Part shown: positions 62,800-64,000 of the stretch, piece by piece
Layout of the letters: every line of letters begins with the position of its first letter
Numbering within the stretch: position 1 is the stretch's first letter
DNA from: Nemertoderma westbladi
Lineage: Eukaryota > Animalia > Xenacoelomorpha
Length of the DNA stretch: 64,000 nt
Direction: 5' to 3'
Assembly: GCA_032718475.1 (NCBI GenBank)
Contig: JAUCBJ010007264.1
Coordinates: 1-64,000, forward strand
Position numbers and translations under genes: made by a program
The notes under the pieces: generated by a model
The model's database searches: none
Told to the model about the DNA's origin: nothing
What the model saw: the letters and a program-made list of their open reading frames with translations, nothing else

Positions 62800-64000
62800 A
62801 AATTAATAAGGATGGCTTCGGTGTGAATACGCCGGTGGTGATTACGAAATTGCTGTACGCACGTAACAGTATATTTCCGACACTGGGCGAAGTGTTCCAG
62901 AAGGATGACTTCTGGGTTGCTGGTCACCACGTTCGGTTTGTTGGGTTTAGGAGGGGCAGTTAGGGACTTCCGATATTCTTGGATATTCTCCCGGTGCTTG
63001 TTGAGTCGTTTGTGGAGGTGCTGCTCAGTTTGGCCGAGGTAGAACTGGTGTTCCTTTCAAGTTAATATGTACAAAACGTTATGTGACTTACAGTTGAACC
63101 GGCCTCGAATACGGTCTCCCCATCATGGTGTGTGTGAGAGGTCGTTAATCACTGGGCATGTTAGACACCGAGATTGACCACATGGGTGGTTGCCAAATGC
63201 TAGGGTTGGTTCTCGTTTTCGTATAAGTAATTTACCCAAACTACAGTAGGTTCGTTACGTGGTACAGTTTTTATCGAAAGCCCGTGGGCGTGAAGGCGTT
63301 TGTTATGCCTACTGGTAACCGCGTTGATTGTGGGAAGAAATTGTGGCGTGGTTGGTAAATACACTATTTGTTCGCTAGGTGGCGCAGGTAGTATTTTAGG
63401 CTGTTTAATTTGGGGGAGGGCAGGTGATGGGTCCCAAGCGTACATAGTTAGAAGGAAGTTAAGGGGATAGCCACGCAATTTACATTTGTCCAAGTATTGG
63501 TGCCTATAGACCCTAAAAACTGAATGCGAGTCAGTCAAACGCCGAATTCGAAGTACTTCAGATTTCACAATAGCCAGGAGGGCAGGTTTATGGTGGAAGC
63601 TGGCGTATGCTATCGGGAGTTTGTTAGACATAGGTTTTCGGTATAGGTGAGTGGAAAGGTCACGCCCTTTGGCTTGGATAGTAATGTCTAAATAATTGAT
63701 TGATTTTCTTGATGAATTAAATGTAAATTGTATCGCATTGCAGCCATACAGGTGGCTACATGCTGTATTGAAAGCGGTTTCTACATTGTTCAATTCTGCT
63801 TCCGTCATCCAGAAGTTAAATATGCCAAGGCTGTCGTCTACTAATGTCCGGAAGTAATATGGCGTGTACAGTGAGGTGTTAATAGCCCGTTTAATGACGC
63901 GGTAGGAGGTTAATACTGCATAGTCACCGCTGTGACTCCCGCCCATGGGCGCGCCTGCTACCTGTAAGTAAAATCCCTCCTTATATTTGAAGTAGTTATT
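62800..64000 (-). mobile_element. Penelope-like element: RT C-terminal half + GIY-YIG endonuclease, degenerate, continues past the window end
   Basis: GAPMGGSHS, YFRTLVDD, NYLDITI, HLYRKP, EVLRIRRL; then NVLYILT*..FYLGQTEQHLHKRLNKH at ~62990-63080. Confidence 0.85.

Overview
Eukaryotic (invertebrate-like, AT-rich) genomic DNA, not prokaryotic. Positions 1-46120 are a nested stack of LTR retrotransposons. The outer BEL/Pao element 'A' contains three insertions. (1) A GalEa-type Copia sits in its leader (2957-8479, TSD GATAC). (2) A BEL/Pao 'B1' sits in its gag-pol (12337-29613, TSD GTACA) and itself holds an inverted BEL/Pao 'C' (18544-25561, TSD ATAGT). (3) A 5'-deleted B-family copy 'B2' sits in its 3' LTR (39410-45402). 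A and B are unusual in three ways. They have no tRNA PBS; instead the bases directly after the 5' LTR are complementary to a segment of their own LTR, suggesting self-priming. They carry an extra ORF at the env position encoding a triple CCHC zinc-knuckle module, fused in A to a WRN/Mut-7-like DEDDy 3'-5' exonuclease-like domain. They also carry repeated palindromic motifs. Positions 46-64 kb hold two small spliced host genes (a PAN/apple-domain protein and a toxin-like Cys-rich prepropeptide), RTE, RTEX and CR1-like LINE fragments, MITEs, a minisatellite and a Penelope-like element. All calls were made by eye from motifs; no database searches were run.
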